Notes: generated by a model not told the origin, from the letters alone. Shown: positions 29,399-38,915, counted from the first letter of the stretch. The stretch is DNA of 61,101 nt from an uncultured Acidobacteriota bacterium (GCA_964586015.1 CAZPHK010000004.1:1-61101), one strand, 5' to 3'. Numbers and translations: made by a program.

Positions 29399-30067
29399 AT
29401 GAGAAAAGCTGTTGTTGCATGTTTGATGATCGGCCTGGTTTTATGTTTGAGTTCTTCCTTTTCCCTGGCCCAGGAACCGGAAGTCATCAAGCTTCCGCCT
29501 CCCCAGAAGGACGGCGGCATGCCGTTGATGAAGGCTTTGAGCTTGAGAAAGAGTACCCGGGGCGGTTTCGGACCCGATACGCCGCTGTCATTGCAGACGA
29601 TTTCGAATCTGCTCTGGGCCGCGGACGGCATTAACAGGCCGGGAACCAACCACAGGACAGCACCCTCGGCCGCGGATTGGCAGAACATTGATATCTATGT
29701 TACGACGGCCGACGGGCTCTTTCTTTATGATCCGGAAAAGCATGAATTGAAGGTGCTCGGCAGGGAGGACGTCCGCGCCGTTGCCGGACAGCAGGATTTT
29801 GTCGCCGGGGCCCCTTTGAACCTTATCTACATAGCCGACACCGACAAGGCTCAGTTCGGCGGTCGGGCGATGCCCGAAGTGTCAGATACCTGGTCTTTCG
29901 CCAATGTCGGTTTCATCGGCCAGAATGTGTATCTCTTCTGCGCATCGGAAAACCTGGCCTGCATCGTCCGGGCCATGGCCGATGCGGATGCAATCGCAAA
30001 GACGCTGAAACTGCGCCCGAGCCAGAAGTTCATTCTGGCCCAGACGGTGGCGCATTTTAAGGAATAG
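29399..30067 (+). CDS. SagB/ThcOx-like nitroreductase-family protein with signal peptide
   Basis: IKLPPP, LMKALSLRKSTR, LLWAADG, RTAPSA, QNVYL; hydrophobic N-terminus MRKAVVACLMIGLVLCLSSSFSLA. Confidence 0.85.
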   Translation: MRKAVVACLMIGLVLCLSSSFSLAQEPEVIKLPPPQKDGGMPLMKALSLRKSTRGGFGPDTPLSLQTISNLLWAADGINRPGTNHRTAPSAADWQNIDIYVTTADGLFLYDPEKHELKVLGREDVRAVAGQQDFVAGAPLNLIYIADTDKAQFGGRAMPEVSDTWSFANVGFIGQNVYLFCASENLACIVRAMADADAIAKTLKLRPSQKFILAQTVAHFKE

Positions 30068-30158
30068 GCCGGATCAGGGCCACGATACCTGTTGCTCCGG
30101 GCATTCGGAGCCGCGGGGAATTGTAGTCCTCCAAGATAGGTTAAGAAAGGGAAATTCC

Positions 30159-30998
30159 GTGAAGCGGGTTTTTAAGTATGTAGCTTTGCTGGTTTTGTTG
30201 TGTCCGGTTGTTGCCCGGATCGCATCGGCTCAAAACGGGGCCGCGAACAACGGTGTAATCCGGCTGGCTGTTGTAAATACGCCTGAATACAGCGGCCTGA
30301 TCGATTTCCTGGTTGAAGATTTTGAAAAGGATTCGAAGTTTCAGGTCGAAGTCACGAGCTCCAGCGATGTATACAAAAGAGCGCGCGACGGGAAAGCGGA
30401 TATCGTCATTTCCCATTACGGCAGGGATGAGGTGGAAAAGTTCGTCCTGGACGGATACGGGACCTGGCCCAGGATGGTTTTTTCGAACCAGGCGGCCATA
30501 GTCGGCCCGGAAAGCGATCCGGCCAAAATCAAGGGCCTTTCAAGCGCGGCTGCGGCTTTCAGACGTATCGCTGAAGCCAGGGCTCCCTTTATCGTCAATT
30601 CCATTGAGGGCATGCAATACCTGGAAGCCCTGTTGTGGGCTTCCGCCGGAAATCCGGCAAAAGGCGCCTGGCATCACGATGCGGGCATTGAGAAAGCGGA
30701 CGCTGTCCGGCTTGCCGAGGAAAAGGGAGGGTATTTTCTGTGGGGAGCCTACCCTTTTCTAAGGTATAAAAAAAGCAGCGGATCGAAGCTGGAGATACTT
30801 GTTTCCTCGGATCCGGTCCTGCAGAGAGTAATGGCCGCGATTGTCGTGAATCCGAACAAAATTGGGAGTGTAAATTCCGACGGTGCCGAGGCCTTTCTGA
30901 AATACCTTCTGAAGCCGGAAACACAGGCGAAAATCGCGGCTTTCCGATCCTACGGTATGGATACACAGTTCTGGTGGCCTGCCGGTCGCGATAACTGA
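30159..30998 (+). CDS. Periplasmic substrate-binding protein, TupA (tungstate)-like PBP
   Basis: Signal peptide; NTPEYSGL, ARDGKADIVISH, FSNQAAIVGPESDPA, DAVRLAEEKGGY. Confidence 0.75.
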   Translation: MKRVFKYVALLVLLCPVVARIASAQNGAANNGVIRLAVVNTPEYSGLIDFLVEDFEKDSKFQVEVTSSSDVYKRARDGKADIVISHYGRDEVEKFVLDGYGTWPRMVFSNQAAIVGPESDPAKIKGLSSAAAAFRRIAEARAPFIVNSIEGMQYLEALLWASAGNPAKGAWHHDAGIEKADAVRLAEEKGGYFLWGAYPFLRYKKSSGSKLEILVSSDPVLQRVMAAIVVNPNKIGSVNSDGAEAFLKYLLKPETQAKIAAFRSYGMDTQFWWPAGRDN

Positions 30999-31075
30999 AG
31001 ATAATGCCGGCTGCGGCGATCGAAAAACGTTGAGTAGAAACACAAATTTTTCATGTTTTCCCCCGGCAGATAAGC

Positions 31076-31081
31076 TATAAT
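31076..31081 (+). promoter_or_regulatory. Candidate -10 box for the cold-shock gene
   Basis: Perfect TATAAT 165 nt upstream of the csp ATG; no convincing -35. Confidence 0.35.
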
Positions 31082-31245
31082 GCCTTCTCAGTCAGGTTTT
31101 TGTAGGATTTCGTTGATGGATGGGCTGCAGATTCCTGGGGGATGAAGCGGCTTTTTTTTGGCCGGAAATTGCGGATGATTACTGAAACCCCAAAATAAAC
31201 AAATTTACCCCCCTGCGGAATAGGGGAATCAGATCAGGATAATAA

Positions 31246-31449
31246 ATGAAAGAACAAGGAACCGTTAAGTGGTTTAACAACGAAAAAGGTTATGGTTTCA
31301 TCAGCCGCGATTCCGGTGATGACGTATTTGTACACCACAGTGCCATTCAGGGTGAGGGTTTCAAATCCCTCAATGAAGGCGATAATGTTGAATTCGATGT
31401 AGTGTCCGGTCCAAAGGGCTTCCAGGCCCAGAATGTGGCCAAGCTTTAA
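31246..31449 (+). CDS. Cold-shock protein (CspA family)
   Basis: [15 protein letters not shown] (RNP1), DVFVHHSAI (RNP2), [10 protein letters not shown]. Confidence 0.97.
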   Translation: MKEQGTVKWFNNEKGYGFISRDSGDDVFVHHSAIQGEGFKSLNEGDNVEFDVVSGPKGFQAQNVAKL

Positions 31450-31460
31450 TCTGAAACCAT

Positions 31461-31495
31461 GGAGGCTCCGGTCAGCCGGAGCCTCCGATTTTTTT
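31461..31495 (+). terminator. Rho-independent terminator after csp
   Basis: GGAGGCTCCGG-tcag-CCGGAGCCTCC, perfect 11-bp stem followed by a T run. Confidence 0.9.
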
Positions 31496-31844
31496 GTAAA
31501 CACGTTTCCCCAATGCCGCAGGCAGGGGGACCATGTCCTTCCAAAAGCGGGGACTGAGTATTTGAACTGTCCTAGTCCCCAGCCTTCACGCTGCCGAATG
31601 ATTGCTGCTATGCCGTAAGTGCAATGAATTCATGGTTTCGGTAGCGCTCCCGGGAGAATTAGCGGCGCATTCTTTTCTCTGAAACCTTAAAAAATAATTT
31701 GGCTCCCGGGATTTTTTCGCTTATCCTCAGGTGGACTCGCCGGGTGTTTGCTGCGCGAAATTAGTGAGATATCTGTTTTCGATGCCGAAGAGTATATTGT
31801 TGGGCTGACACTGGATTGCGGACCAGAAATCCGAGGAACGATTT

Positions 31845-31860
31845 GGTGATCTTGATCACC
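31845..31860. promoter_or_regulatory. Perfect palindrome, Crp/Fnr-family-like site
   Basis: GGTGATC-TT-GATCACC; fits GTGA-N6-TCAC and TGAT-N4-ATCA spacing. Confidence 0.4.
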
Positions 31861-31976
31861 GACAACATATCGGCCGGGTGATATCCTCGCGGTACAGAGA
31901 ACTGCCGGCGGACATCGGCATCGGCAGCAGGGATGTTTCAGCTGCATATGTTCAAGAAGCGAACGATGAGGCTAAA

Positions 31977-32825
31977 ATGAAAAAATTGGGAAATTTTTTT
32001 AAAAAAGCGTTCACTTCCATAACGATCATGGTGGTTCCCCATGACAACCACCGATCATTGAATCTTAAGGTTCCCCTGGCCGGGATCTTAATTCTGTTTT
32101 TGCTGGCTGCTGTCGGGAGCGGCTACCTCTTCTACCTTGCCGCGGACGGCCTGGAATACAAAGCACAGCATTATGCCATGGCTAAAAAGGTTGATTTCTA
32201 TTCGGAGCAATTCAACCAGTGGGATTCGACGGTGACGGCCCTTAAGACGGTTGAGGGGGAATTCCGGCAGCTATTTTCTCTGGAATCCAAGGACGAGGTT
32301 CTTGAGAATGTGGATACCTCCTTCATCGGATCCCTGGAGGTTCCCGACCTTATTGATGAGCTGAAAAAGACCATCGACACGGTTGAGGAAATCAAGGATT
32401 ACCTGAAGACTCAGAAAGACATCTATGTTGCGACACCGAAGGGTTATCCGGCATCCGGCCACATCAGTTCCAAATACGGTAAAAGAAAAGATCCTTTCAG
32501 CGGCGAAATGACTTTCCATTCCGGCATAGACATATCGAGCAAACCCGGATCTCCGGTGCGCGCCACGGCCGATGGCGTCGTAAGCCATTCGGGATGGACG
32601 AACCGAAGCGGATTCGTTGTTGTCATCGAGCACGGTTGCGGTTTCTCGACTCTTTACGCCCATAATAAATCCAATACGGTGAAGATAGGCACGAGGGTAA
32701 AGAGAGGGGATATTATCGGATACGTCGGTTCCACCGGAAAGTCCACGGGCCCCCATGTCCATTACGAGGTCTGGAAGAATGGGAAAACGGTCAATGCCCA
32801 GAAGTATGTCTCCGGGAAATCCTGA
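31977..32825 (+). CDS. M23 family metallopeptidase (TM anchor, coiled coil)
   Basis: FHSGIDI, HGCGFSTLYAHN, GKSTGPHVHYEV; start placed at ATG 31977 after GAGG. Confidence 0.92.
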   Translation: MKKLGNFFKKAFTSITIMVVPHDNHRSLNLKVPLAGILILFLLAAVGSGYLFYLAADGLEYKAQHYAMAKKVDFYSEQFNQWDSTVTALKTVEGEFRQLFSLESKDEVLENVDTSFIGSLEVPDLIDELKKTIDTVEEIKDYLKTQKDIYVATPKGYPASGHISSKYGKRKDPFSGEMTFHSGIDISSKPGSPVRATADGVVSHSGWTNRSGFVVVIEHGCGFSTLYAHNKSNTVKIGTRVKRGDIIGYVGSTGKSTGPHVHYEVWKNGKTVNAQKYVSGKS

Positions 32826-33211
32826 TGTTCGGCAAAGAGATACATAAACCGAATTCTCTGTTCGGTCCCCAATCAGAATTTAAGGGAGATTTGGCGGTTA
32901 AAGGACTCCTGCGTGTGGAAGGATCCGTTAAGGGGAAGATACAGGCGGATCAGTTGATTCTGAGTGAAACGGCCGAAGTGGAAGGGGATCTCCTGGCAAA
33001 GAAGATTATCGTCGGGGGTAGAGTAGTAGGCAAACTTAAAGCTTCCGAGCTTGTCGAGATCCTGGCAAAAGGCAGGGTGAAAGGGGATGTTTTCACGGAC
33101 AAACTCCTTGTAGTGGAAGGCGGGGAATTCAACGGCCGTATTGAAATGAACGATAAAACGCAGAAAGGAATGGATTTCAATTCCACGCCCATGGAGGCAT
33201 CCGCGAAATAA
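32825..33211 (+). CDS. Bactofilin (polymer-forming cytoskeletal protein)
   Basis: FKGDL, LRVEGSVKGKI, VEGDL, IIVGGRVVG, VKGDV, VEGGEFNGRI beta-helical repeats; TGATG overlap with M23. Confidence 0.92.
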   Translation: MFGKEIHKPNSLFGPQSEFKGDLAVKGLLRVEGSVKGKIQADQLILSETAEVEGDLLAKKIIVGGRVVGKLKASELVEILAKGRVKGDVFTDKLLVVEGGEFNGRIEMNDKTQKGMDFNSTPMEASAK

Positions 33212-33213
33212 TC

Positions 33214-33248
33214 AATTAAAGATTGAAAATTCAAGATTGAAGATTAAA
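33214..33248 (+). repeat. Heptamer tandem repeat (RATTVAA x5)
   Basis: aattaaa gattgaa aattcaa gattgaa gattaaa. Confidence 0.75.
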
Positions 33249-33291
33249 AGCCGGAAGTCGGGCATTCTAAATTCTGACTTCCGGCTTTTTT
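33246..33291. terminator. Probable bidirectional terminator between convergent genes
   Basis: AAAAGCCGGAAGTC-16 nt-GACTTCCGGCTTTTTT. Confidence 0.75.
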
Positions 33292-35690
33292 CATATGCGA
33301 CCCAGAGCTTTGAGGACCTTGTCCGGGGTTGTGGGATAATCGAGAATCCACTTGCCGGTCGCGTTGTATATTGCGGAAACCGTAATCCCGGACATGCCGG
33401 CGCCTACATTCTCGCCTATTCCATACGCTCCATAGGCGGCGTATCCCAAATGGCTCTCGTTGATAAGGCATTGAGCGGGCGGATAATCGTTCATTGTGCC
33501 CATATGGTATCCGACCAGGTCGTAGTTCAGGGCCACTCCGGTTTGCGGACAAAAGACATGCTCCTCGGTCCCGCTTCTGCCTAAACCCATAATGGCGCCT
33601 CCGTATTGCTGGGCTTCCGCTCCCCTGGGATTGAAGAGGTGTCCTACATCGTTTACGCAAACGATTTGCAGCACATCGACCACACCGGTTTCGGCATCTA
33701 CGGCAACCTCGATAAAATGCGCCTGCCGGGCCATGGCATAAAGATCGGGGTGAGGCTTGCCGTCGACGGTCAGTCCGTACAGCGTGCCGGCGGGCGGGTG
33801 AACGATCGGAGGATCCAGGACCCAGAATGCATCGGCCACTTCCCGAATCGTTTTTCTGTTGTCCGGGTTTGCCTTTTCAAAAACCATACTGTCTCTGATG
33901 TCCAGATCTTCGGGTTTCAGGTCGGGGAAGAGCGGAGGCCTTGCCGGGCTGGTATACAGCCCCGGCTTCGGGGACACGGCGTACTCCAGAATTTTCTGCC
34001 TGAGTTCCCTGGCTGCAAGGACCAGTTGAGTCGTGATATAGCCGGTTCCGAAGGATCCGCCCGGCTGCCAGAAAAAGAAGTTGCTGTTGTCGGATCGCCG
34101 CTCCTGAATGACGGTGTCTTCATATTTAAGTCCGATTTCTGAGGCTACGGTCAGACGCGCGCCGGACTCCGTATCGACTCCCATGTCGCAGCGCACGGCA
34201 ATGATGGCAACCTTGCCGTTGCGCAGCGTGAGGCAGGCATAGGAAATCCCCGGGATCGGAGCGTGCCAGTGCCATTCGTTGATGTGCATAAAACCCAGGC
34301 CGTGCATCTTTCCGTCGGCCAGCTTCCGGGTTCCGGGAGGGTGCCATTTCTCATCCCACCCTATGGCTTTCTTCCCTTTGTCGATCACTTCCTTGAGGCT
34401 CCACCTCTGCGGGAATTCATTCTCTTTCTGGTAGCGCGTAACCCAGTCCCAGTCATGTCCCTTGCAGCCGTCGTTTTTCAGAGCGACCTCTGTCGGATCC
34501 AGCCCCATTTCTGCCGAGACACGATCGAACATCACGTTTTGGGGGACGCAGGAGTGGGAGCCGTGCCGGAAACACATACAGTGGCCTTTATTGATCAGCG
34601 CCCACTCCTGTGTGGCCAGAATGTTGGGAATCTTCGTACTCTCGTGCGTTTTTTCAATCGCGGGATTTCTTATTCCCTGCATGTGCCAGTGCAGGGCCGT
34701 AATGGTTCCGTCTTTTTGGGCTCCTACCTTGCATTTGTAGGATCCGTAGTCATCGCCGCCGCAGTAATAGCCGCTCTCATCCCACAGCAGTTTCACGGGT
34801 TTTCCGGAGGCTCTCTTCGCCAGTATTGCGGCGAGCCGGATAAAGGAGTAGGAGTAGGAGAGCCAGGATAATCCGCCGTACCACGAGCCCTGGTATGGCA
34901 TGGTGACGGTGATTTTGTTCCAGTCGGCGATGGGAGGCTGAGGCTTTTCACGGGCGTTGTTTGGAGATGTAAGGACGTTGAGAGGGAGATCCTGGTGATG
35001 AACCCAGACGTCAAGAAACTCTCCCCGCCACTGCGCGACGCATACGATAGGCTCCACACCTGCCGGCGTATTCCGGGCGCGGGTGATCGTGTACTCCATC
35101 ACTTTGTCGGCTTCCGCGAAGCCTTTTTCGACGTCTCCGAATTCCGCGCGGTCGGTCAATACCGTGTTCGGCTCTTCGGCTCTCGGGTTCATGAACTTGA
35201 CTTCAGGCATAATTTTGGGCGCGTCCGGCTTTAGCGCTTCTTCCATTTCCAGGATGAACGGCCGCTCTTCCCATTCTATTTTAAGGAGCCTCAATGCCCG
35301 GTCGCAGATTTCTTCGCTGTCGGCAACAATTACGACTCCCATGGGATGCTGGTAAAATTCGGATGTTCCGGGTAAGGTAAGAAGATTGTAATTGCGGGAA
35401 ACTTCGAAACCGGGATGGATTCCGTTTTCATAGTCGATGTCCGGATCGTCAAACTTCAAAATATCCCGGACGCCTGTCAGCGCTTCGGCTTCGCTCGCGT
35501 CGATGCTCACGATTCTCGCATGTGCATGGGGCGAGAGAAGTATTTTCGCATACAGCATTCCTGGAAGATAAACGTCCCTGGTAAAAACCGCCTGTCCGCT
35601 GACTCTCTCATAGGCATCCTGCCTGGTGAGATCCCTCTGCAATGCTCCGCTGCTGTCGGGAACTTTCCATGTCCATGGCCGATATTCCAC
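33291..35690 (-). CDS. Xanthine dehydrogenase family molybdopterin-binding (large) subunit
   Basis: RQDAYERVSGQAVFTRD, MLYAKILLSPHAHARI, GDVEKGFAEAD, RCDMGVD, QAHFIEVAVDAETG, DVGHLFNP, GIGE, PTTPDKV; GGAGG RBS with GTG start. Confidence 0.93.
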   Translation of the reverse strand: MEYRPWTWKVPDSSGALQRDLTRQDAYERVSGQAVFTRDVYLPGMLYAKILLSPHAHARIVSIDASEAEALTGVRDILKFDDPDIDYENGIHPGFEVSRNYNLLTLPGTSEFYQHPMGVVIVADSEEICDRALRLLKIEWEERPFILEMEEALKPDAPKIMPEVKFMNPRAEEPNTVLTDRAEFGDVEKGFAEADKVMEYTITRARNTPAGVEPIVCVAQWRGEFLDVWVHHQDLPLNVLTSPNNAREKPQPPIADWNKITVTMPYQGSWYGGLSWLSYSYSFIRLAAILAKRASGKPVKLLWDESGYYCGGDDYGSYKCKVGAQKDGTITALHWHMQGIRNPAIEKTHESTKIPNILATQEWALINKGHCMCFRHGSHSCVPQNVMFDRVSAEMGLDPTEVALKNDGCKGHDWDWVTRYQKENEFPQRWSLKEVIDKGKKAIGWDEKWHPPGTRKLADGKMHGLGFMHINEWHWHAPIPGISYACLTLRNGKVAIIAVRCDMGVDTESGARLTVASEIGLKYEDTVIQERRSDNSNFFFWQPGGSFGTGYITTQLVLAARELRQKILEYAVSPKPGLYTSPARPPLFPDLKPEDLDIRDSMVFEKANPDNRKTIREVADAFWVLDPPIVHPPAGTLYGLTVDGKPHPDLYAMARQAHFIEVAVDAETGVVDVLQIVCVNDVGHLFNPRGAEAQQYGGAIMGLGRSGTEEHVFCPQTGVALNYDLVGYHMGTMNDYPPAQCLINESHLGYAAYGAYGIGENVGAGMSGITVSAIYNATGKWILDYPTTPDKVLKALGRI

Positions 35691-35906
35691 TTCTGCCTCC
35701 CTTGTCGTTTTTTCAGGATAACGGTGAAGCTGAAAATATCATTTATTTAAGACGTATGGCAGCAAATTCCGTCTGCTCATAAAACTGTGATATAAGGTGA
35801 TAGCTCCGGTTGTGTGAAGAAAACATTATTGGCGATCTTTGCCGCTTACTCCGTATTGTAGTCTAACGGCTGACGAAACAGTATTCTTCCGGGAGTGGTA
35901 ACGCCT

Positions 35907-36719
35907 ATGGAGAAGAAACCGACGATATTCCTGGTGTCCGACGGGAGAGCCGAAACAGCCGCCAGGGTTCTGCAGGCGGCGGCGGTGCAGTTTGAGGGAG
36001 AAAAATTCAATGTTGAACTTCGGCGGAATATCAGAACGCCGGAAGCGGTTCGCCGGGTTGTCGAGGAAGCTGAAAAGTTGGATGCGATCATTTTCTTTAC
36101 CCTGGTCGGGATTGAAACGCGCAAAGCCATGCACCTGGCAATGGGAAGAAATATCGAGATTATAGACCTGCTCGGCCCCGTCATAACCGCGCTGCACAAC
36201 CGCTTCAAGAGGGCGCCGGGAGCCATTCCGGGACTGCTCTACGATCAGGATCGGGACCGTTACGATCGCATGACCGCATTCGATTACGTATTGACGCATG
36301 ACGATGGGCAGCGCATCCACGAGCTGAAGCGGGCGGATGTAGTTCTTGCGGGCGTGTCGCGATCCTCTAAAAGTTCCACCTGTTTTTATCTTGCCTTCCA
36401 GGGAGTCCGCGCGGCGAATGTGCCTCTGGTGCCGGGAATAGATCCCCCCCAACAATTGTTGAAACTTCCTCCCAGCCGGGTAATCGGACTTCGAATCAGT
36501 GTGCAGCGTCTTTTAAGCGTCCGGGAGGCGAGGATGCCCGACCTGGGACTGGATGTCGATCAGGCTTATGTCGACCGGAGGGCTGTTGCAGCGGAAGTCA
36601 ATGAGGCCAACCGTCTGATGGACAGGCATAGGTGGAGCACCGTTGATGTTTCCTATCTTGCCGTCGAGGAGATAGCCAGGCAGGTTCTGCATCTGCGCTG
36701 GCCGAAGCGCAGAAGGTAG
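35907..36719 (+). CDS. PEP synthase / pyruvate phosphate dikinase regulatory protein (DUF299, PpsR/PDRP)
   Basis: IFLVSDG, FDYVLTHDDG, ADVVLAGVSRSSKS, AANVPLV, AVEEIA. Confidence 0.9.
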   Translation: MEKKPTIFLVSDGRAETAARVLQAAAVQFEGEKFNVELRRNIRTPEAVRRVVEEAEKLDAIIFFTLVGIETRKAMHLAMGRNIEIIDLLGPVITALHNRFKRAPGAIPGLLYDQDRDRYDRMTAFDYVLTHDDGQRIHELKRADVVLAGVSRSSKSSTCFYLAFQGVRAANVPLVPGIDPPQQLLKLPPSRVIGLRISVQRLLSVREARMPDLGLDVDQAYVDRRAVAAEVNEANRLMDRHRWSTVDVSYLAVEEIARQVLHLRWPKRRR

Positions 36720-36720
36720 A

Positions 36721-36808
36721 GGCGAAGGCGGACAAGTCGGTGTTCGCCCTGTAACAGTAAGTGAGGCTGTCGGAAGATGGAGGAAGGGCGAACACAAGGT
36801 TCGCCCCT
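36721..36808. repeat. Inverted REP pair: truncated inserted-type half copy (minus) plus full copy (plus)
   Basis: 36741-36750 TGTTCGCCCT is complementary to 36785-36794 AGGGCGAACA; full copy AAGGGCGAACACAAGGTTCGCCCCT at 36784-36808. Confidence 0.8.
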
Positions 36809-36923
36809 TCAGGTAATTGTTTTGCTGTTTACAATGCCTGATACAAAGGTTCAATATAGGGCTATTCTCAAGGTTTTGGTAAATGCGGTCCTCAATTGCA
36901 TGCTTGAAAAACGGAGAGACGAA

Positions 36924-37433
36924 ATGGACGAGAATCCGATGGAGCCGGAAATCACCGACAGGGCGGATGTCAAAACGATGGAGCCTGAAAATGTCCTTTT
37001 GACGGCGGATGGACAGAAATTTCTTAACCAGACAAGACCGTGGGTACGGTTCATGTCCATAATGGTGTTTATTGGGGCCGCCGTATCGTTACTTGCCGGT
37101 TTAATGTCATTTCTTCTGGAAGTAACAGGAGGCCTGGTTAGTGCAAGAAGCCAAGTTTTCGAAGGGCTGTCCGGAGGCGGTTTTATTTTAGGATTGATAT
37201 ATTTTATTATGGCGATCTTCTATATTCCGCCCGGAATGTTCCTGAGCCGTTATGCGTCGGCGATAAGAACTCTGGAATCTGAAGGCACTTCCAGCGCTCT
37301 TGAAAGTGCCCTGAAATATCAGAAATCTTTCTGGCGTTACGTAGGGATTTTTACCGTAGTCTGCCTGATTGTTACCGCGGCGGCCATCACCTTTTCCCTC
37401 GCTGTCGGCTTGTTCATGTTCCTGAACAGGTAA
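36924..37433 (+). CDS. DUF5362-like membrane protein
   Basis: TRPWVRFMSI, FLSRYASAI, ALKYQKSFWRYVGI; three hydrophobic segments; start inferred. Confidence 0.75.
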   Translation: MDENPMEPEITDRADVKTMEPENVLLTADGQKFLNQTRPWVRFMSIMVFIGAAVSLLAGLMSFLLEVTGGLVSARSQVFEGLSGGGFILGLIYFIMAIFYIPPGMFLSRYASAIRTLESEGTSSALESALKYQKSFWRYVGIFTVVCLIVTAAAITFSLAVGLFMFLNR

Positions 37434-37487
37434 CGGCCGGGAAGCACCTCTGTCCATTATCGCTCCGGAACGGCGCACTCTTGTGTT

Positions 37488-37515
37488 TTTAATCTTCAAT
37501 CTTTAATCTTGAATC
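37488..37515 (-). repeat. Heptamer tandem repeat (x4)
   Basis: tttaatc ttcaatc tttaatc ttgaatc, reverse complement of the GATTVAA family. Confidence 0.75.
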
Positions 37516-37537
37516 ACTTATCCACTGGAATCTCCCA

Positions 37538-38863
37538 ATGAGGCCGGAAATCAAAGTAATCGGCGGAGGACTTGCCGGGTCGGAGGCTGCCTGGCAGATA
37601 GCCCGGCAGGGACTGGATGTCGTGCTTTATGAAATGCGTCCCGATGTAATGACTCCGGCTCACACCACGGACAGGCTCGGCGAACTGGTTTGCAGCAACT
37701 CGCTGAAGTCGGAACAGGAAGGAACAGCTCCGTTTCTGCTGAAGCAGGAACTGCGGCGAATGGACAGTCTGTTGCTGCGGGTAGCCGACGAGACAAGGAT
37801 TCCCGCCGGACATGCACTGGCAGTGGACCGGGCGCAGTTCAGCCGGCGCATTACGGAGGAAATTCTGAAGGTTCCCGGGATTAGAGTCGTTCGCGAGGAG
37901 ATCCACAACCTTCCCGACGACTGTATCGCAGTAGTAGCTTCGGGCCCCCTGACATCGAAGCCGCTTTCCGAAGCCATAGCCCGTTTTGCGGGGGAGCGGA
38001 ACCTGTATTTCTATGATGCGATCTCCCCTATCGTCGACGCAGGAACGCTGAATCCCTCGAAGCTCTTTTTTGCGTCGCGTTACGGCAAAGGAGGCGAGGA
38101 CTACCTGAACGCTCCCCTGTCCCGTGAAGACTATCAACGATTTTATGATGCCCTGATTCATGCCGGATCCATGCCCCTGAGGGAATTTGAAGAACCGGTT
38201 TATTTCGAAAGCTGCCTTCCGATTGAGGAACTGGCGCGCAGAGGTGTGGATACCCTGCGGTTCGGACCGATGAAGCCGGTGGGGCTGATCGATCCTAATA
38301 CGGGAAAGCGGCCTTACGCGGCCGTGCAGCTGCGCCGGGAAAACTTGATGGCCGATTGCTACAATCTGGTTGGATTTCAGAATCACATGAAATATCCGGA
38401 GCAGTCGCGGGTTTTCCGGATGATTCCCGGACTTGAAAAGGCCGGGTTTATGCGATTCGGACAAATACACCGGAATTCCTATATTCATTCACCCCGTCTT
38501 CTGCGTCCGACTCTTCAGACCAGGGCTTCGCCCCGTCTCTTTTTTGCAGGACAGATATGCGGGGTGGAAGGATATATCGAATCCATTGCCATGGGACTCG
38601 TTGCCGGAATCAATGCAGGGCGTCTGGCCCGTGGAAAAACACCGGTGTCCCCGCCGCGACAAACCGCCTGCGGCAGCCTTCTGCGCTATATAACCTTTCA
38701 GGGGTTGAAGAATTTTCAGCCGGCCAACATAACGTTCGGACTGCTGGAGGCGGACGAGGGCCTGAAAAAGCGGGTTCGCGATAAAAAGGAGAGGCACCGG
38801 ATACAGGTGAGCGAGGCTCTTCAAAGTATGGAAGAGTGGATAAAATCAATCGATGCCTTGTAG
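37538..38863 (+). CDS. trmFO: tRNA (uracil-54)-methyltransferase, FADH2-dependent
   Basis: IGGGLAGSEAAWQ, ELVCSNSL, ALAVDR, FYDAISP, RFGPMKPVGL, NLVGFQ, HRNSYI, FAGQICGVEGY. Confidence 0.97.
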   Translation: MRPEIKVIGGGLAGSEAAWQIARQGLDVVLYEMRPDVMTPAHTTDRLGELVCSNSLKSEQEGTAPFLLKQELRRMDSLLLRVADETRIPAGHALAVDRAQFSRRITEEILKVPGIRVVREEIHNLPDDCIAVVASGPLTSKPLSEAIARFAGERNLYFYDAISPIVDAGTLNPSKLFFASRYGKGGEDYLNAPLSREDYQRFYDALIHAGSMPLREFEEPVYFESCLPIEELARRGVDTLRFGPMKPVGLIDPNTGKRPYAAVQLRRENLMADCYNLVGFQNHMKYPEQSRVFRMIPGLEKAGFMRFGQIHRNSYIHSPRLLRPTLQTRASPRLFFAGQICGVEGYIESIAMGLVAGINAGRLARGKTPVSPPRQTACGSLLRYITFQGLKNFQPANITFGLLEADEGLKKRVRDKKERHRIQVSEALQSMEEWIKSIDAL

Positions 38864-38915
38864 TTTTTAGCGGGGAACCGGAAACGGGAGACCGGGAACG
38901 TGTTATGATTGCGGC

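Noticed and set aside
31878-31976. N-terminal extension of the M23 ORF
   Set aside because: ATG 31977 has an RBS-like GAGG and starts the typical basic-then-TM N-terminus.
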